A stretch of DNA of 64,000 nucleotides from Eledone cirrhosa (GCA_964016885.1 OZ024757.1:29202001-29266000); one strand, 5' to 3'. Shown: positions 31,700 through 45,868, counted from the first letter of the stretch. Program-made: numbers and translations. Notes: generated from the letters alone by a model not told the origin.

Positions 31700-32440
31700 A
31701 TTACGGTTCGCTATTCACGTTATTTGGACTAACCCTCTTCCAAACAGCCCTGTGTTTGCTCGTCCAGTTTCATTGATACGAAGTGCAGAGGAACAAGATA
31801 TGATGTTTGTAGAACTTGAGCATTCTTTGGATTTTATCAGGGAAAGCTTTGGTTCATGTATCACAGTGAATGACATAAATGCGAATGTCGTTTGCAAAAC
31901 AGAGTGTTCAATGATTGATGGTAAGATGGTATCTCTTCTTTGAGGTGACCGTCGTTCAGTCTGTTATTTATACCACCCACACGAACTGATGCAAATTATA
32001 CTCCATTAATACTTAATGAATTCCAGATAACAAAGGATTATAATTCCTGCTTGGAAGCATGGAAAAAATTGGGTGCTGGCAAGATATCATATTCTAGCAA
32101 TGAAAGGCAGGCTCGGTGCCATGAAAACATTATAAAAGCAGATTTGCATTGTTTCTCAGACCTTCACTTCAAACTGAGATCATTAGATTTTGCTCAAAAG
32201 ACTTTGTATCACTTGGTTGCTAGTCACAAAACATGGGGTGAAGCTTGACATCTATTGCAGTTTATTCAGCATGCCAAACAAAAGTGCATTGACAATATCA
32301 GGTCAACCACCGGACTGCTAATGGACTCACCCAGTGGAATATGTGAGGACACTTATACGGGACCATTGGCTGAATGATGTTTCTGTCCGAAAAACCACCA
32401 AAATATATATTCTCTCATTCTTAACCAGGAAGTCAAGGAT
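31700..32440 (+). pseudogene. Transib/RAG1-core-like DDE transposase relic
   Basis: Ordered motifs IWTNPLPNSPVFARPVSL, CSMIDGKMVSLL, CFSDLHFKLRSLDF, IRSTTGLLMDSP..TYTGPLA; stops and a frameshift. Confidence 0.7.
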
Positions 32441-32463
32441 AATTATAAAATACTATTGTCTCT

Positions 32464-32652
32464 GGTGAATTGGCAGTATCGGTAGAGCGCTGGACGCCAT
32501 GCTTTGCGACAAAGAGTTACGGCCCTTTCGGTCTGAGTTCAAATCCCCGCCGAGGTTAACTTTGCCTTTCATCCTTACGGGGGTCAATAAAATAAAGTAC
32601 CAGTAATGCACTGAGGTAATTGCTGGCCGTGTGACACAAGTAGAAACAATTA
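32464..32652 (+). mobile_element. Octopus-type SINE
   Basis: Full head-to-tail match to the 17967 and 53409 copies. Confidence 0.85.
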
Positions 32653-32845
32653 CTGTCTTTGAGCAACGTTATGTTCCATGTCAAACAATCAATGAACAAG
32701 AAGAAGGTAATGGTCAAACAGACTGAAAGCACTTAGGATAGATTTAATTTCACACCTAAAAAAACATATTTCTTGATGAGAGAGGCTTCTCATGGGTAGT
32801 TATAATCGAATCATTCCTTTAAATGTGAGTTCACAGCTGAAATGA

Positions 32846-33352
32846 TAATAATTTCTACTATAGGCACAATCCTATAGTAGTTTGGGGAAGGGAAAGCCGA
32901 TTAAATCGACCCCAGTGCGTTGCTGGTACTTTATTTTATCAACTTCGAAATGATGAAAGGCAAAGTTAACCTCGACGGGATTTGAACTCAGAACATAAAG
33001 GGCCGTAACTATATGCCACAAAGCATGTTTTCCGACGCTCTACTGATTCTGCTAATCCACCGCCTTCAATAATAATAATTGTTTCTAATTTTGGCACAAG
33101 GCCAGCAATTAGCCAGTGCATTACTGGTACTTTATTTTATCGACCCCGTAAGAATGGCAGGCAAAGTTAACCTCGGCGGGATTTTAACTCAGACCATTAA
33201 GGCCTATAATAATAATTGTTTCTACAATAGGCACAATTAGTGACCCCGTAAGGATAAATGGTAAAGTTTAACTCGACGGGATTTGAACTCAGAACTTTAA
33301 AGGGCCGTAACTCTATGCTGCAAGACACTACCAATTCCGCCAATCCACCGCT
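32846..33352 (-). mobile_element. Cluster of three Octopus-type SINE copies
   Basis: Three reverse-strand bodies with (AAT)n tails near 32850, 33075 and 33215. Confidence 0.8.
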
Positions 33353-34049
33353 CTTAATAATAACAATAATGATAAACGTTACAACATCCTGAAGTTAAAA
33401 TGGATTTCTATCTCTTCAATTTAAAAGACACTTTAAATGTCAGACCACTACACAACAGGAATGTATTATGAGCTGCATACCCTCTATTTATTTATATCCC
33501 TTAATCTCTTTCACTAAAATGTGAATGGTGAAAAACTTCAATACTGATAAAGACCTGTGTTGCTGTCTGATGAGGCACTGCAGATATGAATAATTGAAAA
33601 CATCGTTCGCTTTTTATAAGAATAAGAATAAAAATTATAAAAATTGAGAAGGAAATTGACGTCATATTTGTAATATTTCATTCCAAAATTGTTGAATTAA
33701 AGACAATAATAATCAATGATTTACTAAACTGTTCCGTACTTTAAATTTTTCCTTCTTATTTGAAAAAAACAACAACAAAAAAAACCCAACACAAACAACA
33801 AAAAGAAAAGTGAAAATATAATTAAGATAACATCATAAGAGAATTAATTTTTTTTTCTTCAAATATGTCGGAATATTAAAATCATTAAAGTTGAATATAA
33901 TTCATTGAAATATTTAATTACTTCATTTACAGAACATATTATTTCATCGAATATTATCACAGTGACTGATTTTTCTGTAGATAAACATCATGTCTGAGAT
34001 GGTTAGTAGCGAAAAAATACCGCTGTGATGTTCATGACTTTCTCACATG

Positions 34050-34420
34050 TTCCGCGGTGGCAAACCCCTCGTCGGGATGCCACTTGCAGCGACACATTCT
34101 CCAGCCGCAACCTGGTGCAGTCTGCAGCTAACCCAGGTTCTGTGGCACGTCGAGCTGAGGGGAGCAAACTCTCCAAGTGCCGATCGCTCTCCGACAGGTT
34201 TGCGGTCGTGCCCCTAGCAGTGGAGACTTTTGTTGTCCTTGACCCTAGGGCTACCTCCCTACTCACCACCATAGGCGCTGAGCTGGCCAGCCGTAGATGT
34301 GAGCTTCATGAGATGGAAAGGCTCTTCCAGCGCATCTCTCTTACCATCGTCCGGGGAAACGCTTTCTTTATTCTGCCCGCCGGGTCTGTGGGGAGGCCAG
34401 CATGTGGGACCCCATTTGCT
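34050..34420 (+). mobile_element. CRE-like non-LTR retrotransposon 3' fragment
   Basis: DATCSDTFS..AE.SKLSK..FAVVPLAVET..FQRISLTIVRGNA. Confidence 0.8.
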
Positions 34421-34664
34421 CACCATACAGATAGATGGGGAGGGCGAGAGAGGTGGAGGCGATGACAGTGGGAGTTCGGCTCTTCCACTTTCGGACCGTA
34501 TCGTTGTGGTTGTGTTTATTATCAATATAGAAAATTATTTATTTCCCTTTTTGTATATATCTCCCTTATTAGCAAGTATATCAGTAGAATCTGATCTGTT
34601 TTATTAATATCTAGAATATATATAATCCCCATGTATTGGTTATATTCACTATATTTTGGATGTA

Positions 34665-35270
34665 TATTTGGCGGGTGTAAAATCAGTCGGCTGAAATTTG
34701 CAGACGACATTGTGTTACTTAATTCAACAGAAGATGATCTTCGACTTGCACTTGATAGATTTAACGCCGAGTGCTGCATGGGTGGAATGAAAATCTCAAG
34801 GATGCCAGTGCAGTGAAAGGAGTTCCACTGAAGCAGGTAGAGAAGTTCAAGTATCTCGGGGCCATGTTCGCGAGTGATGGAAGGCAGGAGTCTGAATTTA
34901 GTGCAAGAATTGCAAGAGTGTGTGCATTAATGCGACAGCTTCAACATTCAGTATTCAGAAGAAGGAAGCTAGGTAGGCGTAAAAGCCAAACACACTATCT
35001 TCAATTCGGTATTCCTGCCAACCCTTACTTGGGTAATGAGCAAAAGAATACGATCGCGAATATAAGCGGCCGAAATGGGATTCCTCCGAAGGGTCTTTAG
35101 AGTAACGTTACTCGATAAAGAGTGTAACTCGGAGATCAGGGAGTCACTCAAGGTAGCGCCACTACTTCTCGGAATTGTGAGATCAGAGCTCCGATACTAT
35201 GGTTAGAATGTCTCAGAAAAGAATCGCTGGACAGATTTTACAGGCAAAACCAACCGTCAAGAGACCCTTT
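34665..35270 (+). pseudogene. RTE-clade LINE reverse transcriptase fragment
   Basis: LKFADDIVLL (catalytic motif), LKQVEKFKYLG; frameshifts. Confidence 0.85.
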
Positions 35271-36056
35271 AGAATTTTAAACTCGGTGGAGCCCATTCCT
35301 CTCTAGTTTTGAACAAAACCGATTTCTTCCAGAGAGAGAGAGAGAGGGAAAAAGAGAGAGAGAGAAAGAAAGAGATAGAGAGCGAGAGAGAGGGAGAGAG
35401 AGAGAAGAGCGAGAGAAAGAAAGAGAGATGGAGATAGAATAAGAAAAATAATTACAAGATTTATAAGTATAAAACAACGTTAAATAATATGAAGAGAAAT
35501 TGACAAACAAATGAAAGAAAAACAGAGAAAGGAAAGGAAAGAAAGAGAGGTGAAATGAGAAAGAGATATAGAAGAAGAATCGATCACAGTACGAAACTGC
35601 ACAGCGAGATTTTGATCTCAGAGAACACAGAGACTCGGAACGAATGCCGTAAAGCATATTTTACATAAACTACTTTTAAAGACTTACTGAAACTCCAGAT
35701 ATTCTGGGAAAGTTAATCCACTCAGTATTGTTGCATCCAAACAATTCAGAAGATGGCTCAAGTTGAGCTTCATAAAAATGTGCAAAGAAATAGGCATGGT
35801 TGTGTAGTTAAGGATTTCATTTCGCAACAATGTGGTTTTGTGTTTCTAATGTAATACAGGTTATTGATATATAGGGATGGACTTTTGTAAGAGCAACATA
35901 GAATATAGGTCCATGCCTTTATCAATAGTGTGCATTGCATCAAAAATAAATTACATAGCAAATATATTACCTAATATTCTGTCTGAAGAACTCGTATGAG
36001 CGATTGCGTAATTGCAGCATTACGTAACAAATGAATATATATATATATATATATAT

Positions 36057-36200
36057 AGTGACGAAACATAAGTCAATTGCATGAACTCATAATCTTTTAT
36101 TTATAGCTATATATATTTCGATGATAGCCATTGTATGGCTATGACCTCATCAGGCAGTTAGTCAGTTCCTAGATATGCCAGCTCTGTGTTTTTGGTGTTA
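36057..36200 (-). mobile_element. Uninterrupted hammerhead-bearing PLE-like remnant
   Basis: Minus strand ACUGC-CUGAUGA-GGUCAUAGCCAUACAAUGGCUAUCAUC-GAAA-UAUAUAUA-GCUAU; stem I partly decayed; flanked by (TA)n. Confidence 0.75.
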
Positions 36201-36802
36201 AATATATATATATATATATACTTTTTTATCTTCTTGTTATTGAATACGTTGCTGGTCAAACTAAAACTCTAAAATTATAAGTAGGAAGGAACACACCACA
36301 CACATTCACACACATACACGCACACACACACTCTGACATACATACACACAGACAAACACAAACGCCCGTGCACACTAATTTGCAAGGTATGGTATTATAA
36401 ATAAAAGAATATTAACTGTTAACGTTCTGCAACGCATGAGACCTCCTTCGTAAGATATTTTTGAAAAGTATATATACAACAACACTATGATTACACCACT
36501 TTAAAAGACAACTACAACAACTAAAGTCAGTATTCTACTAGTGGAAATTCTCACAACGTTTTCTCTTCTATTAAAGATACTATAAACATTTGAATCCGCA
36601 GACTCCATTTAAAAATATGTTCTGCTAAATCATTACAGGGTGTTAAGATGTAATGTTGGAGATATCTAATTCTAATACACCGCTACGAAAGTGGGAGGAA
36701 TGGCAGCGAGTGGTGGGTGGAGGAGAGGTTACTTGTTTCTGGGGAGGTCTTGTGTTGGTGTAGGGTGGAGTGAGAGGAAAGGAGATGGAAGTGAGAGGAA
36801 AG

Positions 36803-36840
<38 letters not shown>

Positions 36841-37268
36841 AGTAAGTAGGTTAGGGTACTAGCTGTTGGTTTTCGGGGGTGGGCGTGGGGGATTGGGGTG
36901 AACCTGTTGGTAGTGCAGGGTGGATTGAGAGTAATGGTGAGAGGCAAGGAGGTGTAGGAATGGGTGGAGGCGGATTAGAGGAAGGTACTTGTTGGTGAGG
37001 GTGGAGTTGTCTGTTGGGGTATATAGGGTGGAAGGAGAGGAAATAAGAGAAAGAATGAGGAAGGGGAGTAGAGTGAGTATAGTTATTGGGGTGTCAATTG
37101 AGGTGCAGGGTGGACTGAGGGGAAAACGAAGGACGTGAGGAGGGTACTCATTGGTGGTGTTGGGTAGAAGGGGGCCGAAAAAAGTATGAGGAGGAGTAGG
37201 AGTAGGAGGAGGGGGGTAAGAGAAGATGGAAGAGAGGTGGAGTGAGAGAGAGAGAGAGAAACAAAGAC

Positions 37269-37336
<68 letters not shown>

Positions 37337-37679
37337 AAGAGAGAGACAGAGAGAGAGCGAGAGGGGGAATTACATAATTTAGCAGCAGCATCAGGAGCAG
37401 CAGCAGCAACGAGTAGTAGAGGGAGGAGGAGTAGATGGGAAGTAGCAGCTTCAGTAAGAGGTGTGTAGACAACAAAGACTGCCAAAAATAAATGGACCCC
37501 TCCCTTGCCCCCCTTAAACAACAACAGCAATAACACTAACAACAACAACAACAATATATTAACAACTAATATAACAACAACAACACTAACAACAACACTA
37601 TATTAAGAACTAATATAACAACATTAACAACAACAACAGCAACATCAACAACAACGAAATCAAGTCTATGTTGTTTGTC

Positions 37680-38050
37680 CCTCTCTTTCTCTCGACCTGC
37701 TAGAGACAGTAGCTAAATCTTCCTCAAAATGACACCCAATCGTCATACTTAAAGACATAACAACTAATATAACAACAACAACAACAACAACACTAACAAC
37801 ATCAACAACAGCAACAACAAGTAAGGAGCCCTCTATGATATTTCTCTCTCTCTCTCTCTTTCTCTCGACCTGCTAGAGACAGTAGCTAAATCTTCCTCAA
37901 AATGACACCCGATCGTCATACTTAAAGACATAACAAGCTAGACAATGTTGTCAGCTCCTTGATAGCCTCACCTCCAAAGGGGCAGGGCATGGATGGAACG
38001 CCTTTGTCACTATTGCTGGGAGGGGGGGGGGGGGTCAGCACTATCGACTA
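37680..38050 (+). repeat. Second dispersed repeat family (GCTAG..AGCTAAAT..), with local duplication of about 90 bp
   Basis: 37680-37770 repeated at 37850-37936; related decayed copies at 1765-1950 and, reversed, 51560-52345. Confidence 0.55.
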
Positions 38051-38779
38051 GTTGTCACGTGGGGGTCAAAACTACACCAGTAGTAACAACAACAACAACA
38101 TCAACAACAATAAAAACACCACCAACAGGAACAGCAATATTAACCCTACACCAACAGCAACAGTAGCAGCAACATCAATACCATCATCAGCAGCACCATC
38201 AGTAGTAAAAACAGTTGGAACCCCCCCCCCCCCCTCCCCAAATCTGTAGCAACAGCATCAGCAGCAACAGCAACAGTAGTAACAACAGTTACAACCCTTC
38301 CACTCCCAAAATGACCACCATCACCAGCAAAAACAGCAGCACCATCAGTAGTAACAACAGTTAGAACCCCCCCCCCAATATGTAGCAGCAGCAGCATCAA
38401 CAACAGCAGCACCAGTAGTAACAACAGTCACAACCCCTCCACTCCCCCCAAAAAATCAACAGCAACAGCATCAACTACAGCTGCAGCACCCTCAATAGTA
38501 GCAACAGTTACACGCCGCCAAATTTGTAGCAGCAGCAGCAGCAGCAACAGCAGCAACAACAACAACAACAACAGCAGCAGCACCATCTATAGTAACAACA
38601 GCTACACCCAGCTGTAGCAGCAGCAGCAGTACCACCACCACCACCACCATCAATAATAACAAGAGTCACACCCCGCCAAATCTGTAGCAACAGCAGCAAC
38701 AGCAGCAGCAACAGCAGCAGCAACAGCAGCAGCAGCATTAGTAGCAGCACTAGCAACAACAACAGCAGCAGCAGCAACA

Positions 38780-38969
38780 ATAATAATTGTTTCTACTTTT
38801 GGCACAAGGCCAGCAATTACTCAGTACATTACTGGTACTTTATTTTATCGACCCCGTAAGGATGAAAGGCAAAGTTAATCTCGGCGGGATTTGAACTCAG
38901 AATGGCAAGGACCGTAACTCTATGCGTCAAAGCATAGCGTCTGACCCTCTACCGATACTGCCAATCCAC
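38780..38969 (-). mobile_element. Octopus-type SINE
   Basis: Reverse complement of full SINE. Confidence 0.85.
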
Positions 38970-39461
38970 CAACAGCAATACCACCTTGGACTGTTACAAC
39001 TTTCCAAGTACTTGCTGTTGAGTACATCTTTGTCTCTTTCACTCCTCTCTCTCTCTCTTTCTGTATATATATATATATATATATATATCTGTGCCTCTCT
39101 CTCCAGTTCTTTCTTTTTACTTTCTGTCTGTCGTTTTTTATTTGGTTGTTAGTTTTGTTTATTTTTGTCTCTATTTCATTTGCTTTTTCCTTCCTCATTT
39201 GTTCCTTCTTCATTCTTCCTTTTTCTCTCTCTCTCTTTCTTTCTCTCTCTTTCAGGTGCATTTGCATTTCTATACACCACACATACACGCATAGAAAATT
39301 GCGTAGCACACAAACACACATTCATCTATACAGGCATACGTACACCCACACATTTACAACCACCCACACCCACACACACATTACATACATACAGAAAGAG
39401 AGAATGAGATAAACGTATAAAAACTCTCTCTGTCTCTCTCACACACGCATACATACTCACA

Positions 39462-39526
<65 letters not shown>

Positions 39527-41039
39527 CGATAGGAGAAATCTGGTATATATATATATATATATATATCAACGGTGGGAGAAATTTGGTATATATATATATA
39601 TATACATATATATAATATTTCGTTATAGGTGTTGGTGTATGTAACTTCCACCAAGAGAGGAGAAAAATCCCATAAAAACACCACAACCTTCACCAACAAC
39701 AACAACGACACCAACGAAAACAACAGCACCAACAGTAGCAACAGCGGCAACACCACGATCACGACGACCACGACCATGACCACCAACAACGATAATAACA
39801 AAAATAACAACAACAACAGCAGTAACACAGAGCGACAGAAAACGAAACTGCGGCGGTCTTCAAGCTGCACATGTCCCTTGTGCATATTTCTTCCTACGTA
39901 TCTTATAACAGATAGAGGGCTCATGAGAGACACATAGAAGACAACAGGGATTTACTACTACTACTACCGCTACCACCACCACCACTACTACTACAACAAC
40001 GACGTAGGTGATTTCGAAGTAGAAAAAAAACAAGAAAAAAGAAAACCAAACAAACTAAAAGCTATAGAATAAAAATAACATTTAAAAAAAAAAAAAAAAA
40101 AAAAAAAATCAGCAATAAAAAAGGGAAAAACACGGTGAAGTACAGGAAAGAAAAAATAAAGTACAGAAGCTAAAGAGAAAGAAACGAAGACGAAGCAGAG
40201 AAAGAAGAAAAAAAAAGCAAAGAATACGAGAAGAAATTGAAGGACTTAATAAAAATGATATAATACAAATTGCACACAAATATAAGATAATGACACAACA
40301 AAAACCTTGAATGATCACAAGCACTACAACAACACCTCCCCCACATTTACTTCAGTTACAGTAACAATGACAATAGGTAATTACGTATAAATATAATTAA
40401 GACAACAAACACCGACAACGTAAACATCAGCAGCAAGAAGAACAAGAAGAAGAAAAAGAAGAAAAAGAAGAAAAAGAAGAAAAAGAAGAGCAGCATCAAC
40501 AACAATAACAACACTAGTATGTTGTACTGTTTAATGGTAACGGCCTAGCATTATCAGTACTAACAACTAGAAGAAGAAAAAAGAAGAAAAGAGAAGAAGA
40601 AAGAAAGTAGTAGTAGTAATAGTTGAAAAAGAAAAGAAAAGAAATGTAATAGTTAAAGAAAAGAAGGAGGAGAAGAAAAATAAGAAGAAGAAGAAAAAAA
40701 GAAAACAGAAATCGTAATAGTAGTAACAGTAGTAGTAGTAGAATAAGAAAAGGAAGTGAAAGAAAGGAAGAACAGCAAGGGAATAAACAACAACAACAAC
40801 ACCAACAACAAAAATTTTCGATAGGAACAGCAATAACAACACCACCATCACCGCCATCACTGGGAACCCAATGGCGCTAAAAGGGTTTTAAGAAGAAAAT
40901 AAAACCCCAAAGGAGTGCATTATTAATAAAAATAATAATATTTGAAAAAGGAAGAAAGAGAGAAAGAAAGAAGAAGAGAAAAGATTGGAAAAAGTTTCGT
41001 GATAAAAAAATAAATAAACGACAAAACTAATTACGTTAA

Positions 41040-41950
41040 GCTGCAACAACAGCAACAACAACGTCAGTAACAACGACAATAACAACAACGACAACAACAA
41101 CGACAACAACAACGACAACAACAACGACAATAACAACAACAACAACAACAACAGCAACAACAACAGCAACAACAACGATAACAACAACAACAACAACGTC
41201 AATAACAACGACAACAACAACGACAACAACAACGACAATAACAACAACGACAACAACAACGACAATAACAACAACGTCAACAACAACGACAACAACAACG
41301 TCAATAACAACGACAATAACAACAACAACAACGACAACAACAACGACAACAACGACAATAACAACAACGATAACAACGACAATAACAACAACAATAACAA
41401 CAACAATAACAACAACGATAACAACAACAATATCAATAACAACATCAATAACAACACCAATAACAACAACGGTAATAACAAAACCAACGACATCATCACC
41501 ATTGAGATCAACAGCAACAACAACAACAAAACAGCAATAACAACAACAACATCAACAACCACATCGACAATAACAACAGCAACATCAATAACAACAACAA
41601 TAATACAAACAGCAGTATTAGTGACAACGACAGCAACAAGTACGACGTGAACAATAACAACAACGACACTATAAATACCACCACCACTAACAACAACAAC
41701 AATTACAATAACAACAACAATATCAACACTAACAACATCAACAACAACAAGTATAACAACACTATAAATACCAACAACAACATCAATAAACGACAACAAT
41801 AACAACATCAACTACAGTAACAGCTTCGCCAATATATACAACAACAATAACAGCAACAACAATAACCACAACGACAATTATAACAATCACAACAACAATA
41901 ACAGGTTTGACAATACGGCCAGTATCAATAACATTAGCAGCAACAAGTAA
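41040..41950. repeat. (CAA)n-rich tract
   Basis: Direct reading. Confidence 0.9.
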
Positions 41951-43096
41951 GCAGGTGTATGTGTATGTCTATAAGTGAGTGTGTGTATGTGTGAGAAAAA
42001 CTAACACACAGTTTCCCCAACGACCATCTGTGACACTATAATACATAGCTTTAGAGCACAATACATCACAACATATCACAACACAACACAACAGAACATA
42101 CATAACAACACAGCAAAACAAAACGAAACAGGTCTCGTATATAAATATAATATTTAAAAAAAATTACTAGCGCTACACAGACTACAACATATACAACACA
42201 AACACACACGTGTACACGCGAGCATTGATACACTGCCCACCCATCCATCCATCTATACTTACATACACATACACTAGAAGCACAACACGGACATAACACA
42301 ACTAAATATACAAACAACACAAGAGCACCAAAACACAAACACTATACAACACACCCACAACAGACAGGACGCAACGCAATATATATATACACCGCATCAA
42401 CAAAAACAATAACAAACAAAAAAAAACCAATAACCAAAAAATACAGAAAACAAACAAAGACTATCGCAAAATACAAAACAACATAGACAGCAAAGTAAAA
42501 CACACACACACACTATATATATATATATATATATACAACAGAAGAAAATATATAATATATATATACAAGACAGTAGAAAAAGAATAAAGAGTAACAAAAT
42601 AAAGGAACAACAGAAAAAAATAACACCGAAAGCAAGTGATCACACTATTGACACCATAAATAACGCATAAGGCCCACAAAGACAACAACGCCACAATAGT
42701 AAAGAACTGAAGCAAAATACAGGTGGAAGAGAAAGACAACCAATAGCTTCTCTCTGGTTGTGTCATTTGTTTTATTGTCAACGACAAGAACCAAAACAAG
42801 GCCAACGTAACCACCACCACCACTACTACTACTACTACTACCATTACTACTACTACTACTACTACTACCATTACTACTACTTCAACTACTATTACAACAA
42901 CAACAACTACTACTATTACTATTAGAACAACAACTACTGCTGCTATTAGAATAACACAATAAAATTACTGCTGCTGCTGCATTGTCAACAACAACAGCAA
43001 CAACAAAATCATTGTCAACAACAGTCACAAGAACACTAGCATCAGAAAAAATAATAAAAAAAATAGAATAAACCTACAAAACAAACTTAAGGAATA

Positions 43097-43131
<35 letters not shown>

Positions 43132-43365
43132 GTGTGTGTATATGTATGCATACATATTAACGACAACGACGACATCAAAACCAGCAAGGACAACATCAAC
43201 GACATCTAGCGGAAAGGCAAAGAGATACTACTAGCATCAAAAAGAAACGTGGTACCCCCACCACTACCACTACAGCTACCACCACCACCACCACCACCAT
43301 CACGACGAACTGCGACAACAACAAAAACAACAACAACCAACACCAACACCTTTACGACAACTAGA

Positions 43366-43398
<33 letters not shown>

Positions 43399-43619
43399 AT
43401 CAGCAACATAACAGAACAAACACCAATACAAACAACTACGACAACACCAACAGCAACAACAACAGCACCATCACTAGTAGCAGAATAAGGAGCAACAGCA
43501 GCAACAACAGAAGCAGCACACGGCAGCAGCAGTAGTAGCAATAAAACTACTCCCAGCACCACCAACAGCAGCAGTAGCAGCAAGAGCCACAACATCAGTA
43601 GCAGCAGTAGTAGCAGCAC

Positions 43620-43667
<48 letters not shown>

Positions 43668-43792
43668 CTGCATCGTCATCGCCGCTACCATCACCGTGGT
43701 TGTTTGTTGTTTGCAACGCCAGCAATACCGACAAAAGGATAGCAGGAAGAGAGATAGCATAATCAGAAAAGCCGGTACCGCAACAAATAAAC

Positions 43793-43862
43793 ATGTCCCC
43801 ATCATCGCAGACACTCTTTTTCGCCTTGTTCATCTCCTGCTGGCTTCTTCTTCTTCTTCCAG
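43793..43862 (+). CDS. Probable first coding exon encoding a signal peptide of a secreted or membrane protein
   Basis: TAAACATGT start context; MSPSSQTLFFALFISCWLLLLLP followed by strong phase-1 donor CAG|GTAAGG. Confidence 0.55.
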
Positions 43863-44400
43863 GTAAGGTCCAATTTATTTTACTTCTTCATTTTATATCT
43901 ACACCTTAAATTCCTTCGTCGTCGGTTTTTTTTTTTTTAGAATTATTATTTCGCGCTTTGTGTCCATCTTCAATTATCTCTCTGACTCTCTCTAGCTCTC
44001 TCGTTCTGAATTTCTTTGATTCTTTCACTTTCACTATAAGTCTCTCCCACACCTGCGTTTCTTTTTCAGCGTCACCTTCTCTTTGATCCACCCACCACAC
44101 ACTCTCCACCCTCTCCTCCTTTCTTTCTCTTTCACACATTTTTATTTTCTAGTTTGTCAGAATTTACTTTTTTAAAAAAAATTTCTTCTTCATATTATGC
44201 GAAAAAGACTTTTAACATATTTCTATTATTCTATATATATATATATATACCTTTTATTTTCTATCTATTACATATATATATATAGTCGGGTCATCTTTAT
44301 TTTTACTTTTATTATGACAGGCTGAATGAGTTGGGGTCCAGAACCCAACGAAACTTAAGTACCTGTTTATGTCACTGTTGTAATTATATATATATATATT

Positions 44401-44476
<76 letters not shown>

Positions 44477-44795
44477 TCTATATATATCTATATATATATA
44501 TATAAATATCTGTCTCTTCCCCTCATTCACTTTTACTTTATATTAGTTTGAACAATAATATTTGTTATACTTTTTCCATATATTTCTTCTCTACTTACTC
44601 TCCCTTATACTCTCCCATCTCTACTTGCATTTTGTTTGTATTACTTTAAATAATTAAAGAAGAGAAAATTCTTTCACCCTTCCTTACTACTTACCTCTCA
44701 CCCCATCTCTTTCGCTCCCTCGTTCCTCTTTATCTCCTCTCAATGTTTATGATTCCAATGAATTAAAATTTAACACGAACCTTCTCACCACACAC

Positions 44796-44824
<29 letters not shown>

Positions 44825-44832
<8 letters not shown>

Positions 44833-44972
44833 AAAGGCTTCCAGATGATTTCTCCCGAATGAAACAGTTTTAGTCCTGTAGAAGCCATTTCTATATTAAA
44901 TATTTATAGTCTGATTTGTATTGAGTACCTTACTTACTGTGGTTACTCCCGATTGAACCTGGGATAAACTTT
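44825..44972 (+). mobile_element. Family-B hammerhead element (core CAGAUGA)
   Basis: GGCUUC-CAGAUGA-UUUCUCCCGAAU-GAAACAG..CUGUA-GAAGCC plus shared 3' tail. Confidence 0.75.
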
Positions 44973-45060
44973 ATATATATAAAATCCAGGAAGCTCCAAC
45001 CGTTAAGGTTGTCTTTTTTCAGGGTATGTCAATATTTATTTATAAAACTAATCTGTATTG

Positions 45061-45127
45061 TATTTTATCTGATGAAAGCGCACCATAATTTTGCCTTAGT
45101 GGCCCTTGAAATATGTATAATAAAATA
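45061..45127 (+). ncRNA. Family-C hammerhead (CUGAUGA)
   Basis: UAUUUUAU-CUGAUGA..GAAA-UAUGUAUA-AUAAAAUA. Confidence 0.75.
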
Positions 45128-45256
45128 AATATGGTTTTATAAATATAGTTTCCATTTGTTAATATATTGTATATTTACTCCACCCTGTTGAGTGCTTTAT
45201 ATCAGTTATAAACAATTTTTAAGCTTGCTGAATCCCAACAAATTAAATATAACCTC

Positions 45257-45304
<48 letters not shown>

Positions 45305-45314
45305 ATATAGAAAT

Positions 45315-45365
45315 GGCTTCTACAAAACTAGAACTGTTTCATTCGGGAGAAATCACCAGGAAGCC
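45315..45365 (-). ncRNA. Family-B hammerhead (core CUGGUGA)
   Basis: GGCUUC-CUGGUGA-UUUCUCCCGAAU-GAAACAG..UUGUA-GAAGCC. Confidence 0.65.
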
Positions 45366-45481
45366 GACTGTCCAAGTAATATGGTGGTATTTATACCTTC
45401 TCTGGTCATGGGAGAGGGTGGTGATTGGAATGGGTGGAGGTCATTGGTTGATGGTTTTAAAGAAAAGGGAATTCTTTAAAA

Positions 45482-45520
<39 letters not shown>

Positions 45521-45598
45521 TCACATACATACTTTAAACAATATATATCCAAGTACCTTTGAATTGTGGATCTCATCGTCCAACCATTACGGTTTCTA

Positions 45599-45652
<54 letters not shown>

Positions 45653-45653
<1 letters not shown>

Positions 45654-45817
45654 AGTTTATCCCGGGTTCAATCAGGGGTAACCACAGTAAGTAAGGTACT
45701 CAATACAAAGCAGAGTATATATATTTTATATTTAATATAGAAAGGGCCTCTACGGGACTAGAACGGTTTCCTGATGATTTCCCCCGAATGAAACAGTTCT
45801 AGTTTTGTAGAAGCCTT

Positions 45818-45822
<5 letters not shown>
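45653..45822. mobile_element. Family-B element; plus-strand hammerhead 45765-45815 joined to inverted 3' half
   Basis: GGUUUC-CUGAUGA-UUUCCCCCGAAU-GAAACAG..UUGUA-GAAGCC. Confidence 0.8.

Positions 45823-45868
<46 letters not shown>

Noticed and set aside
31870-31910. Minus-strand LCFANDI resembling an RT FADD motif
   Set aside because: The plus-strand frame fits an ordered Transib-like motif series much better; coincidence
33560-33615. CUGAUGA followed by distant GAAAAC
   Set aside because: No convincing stems I, II or III
35978-36030. CUGAAGA with stem II followed by GAUUG instead of GAAA
   Set aside because: Second core half too degenerate to call a hammerhead, though it may be a relic
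39629-39937. N/T-rich ORF ending in CTCPLC
   Set aside because: Mostly trinucleotide repeat, non-ATG start, no recognisable domain
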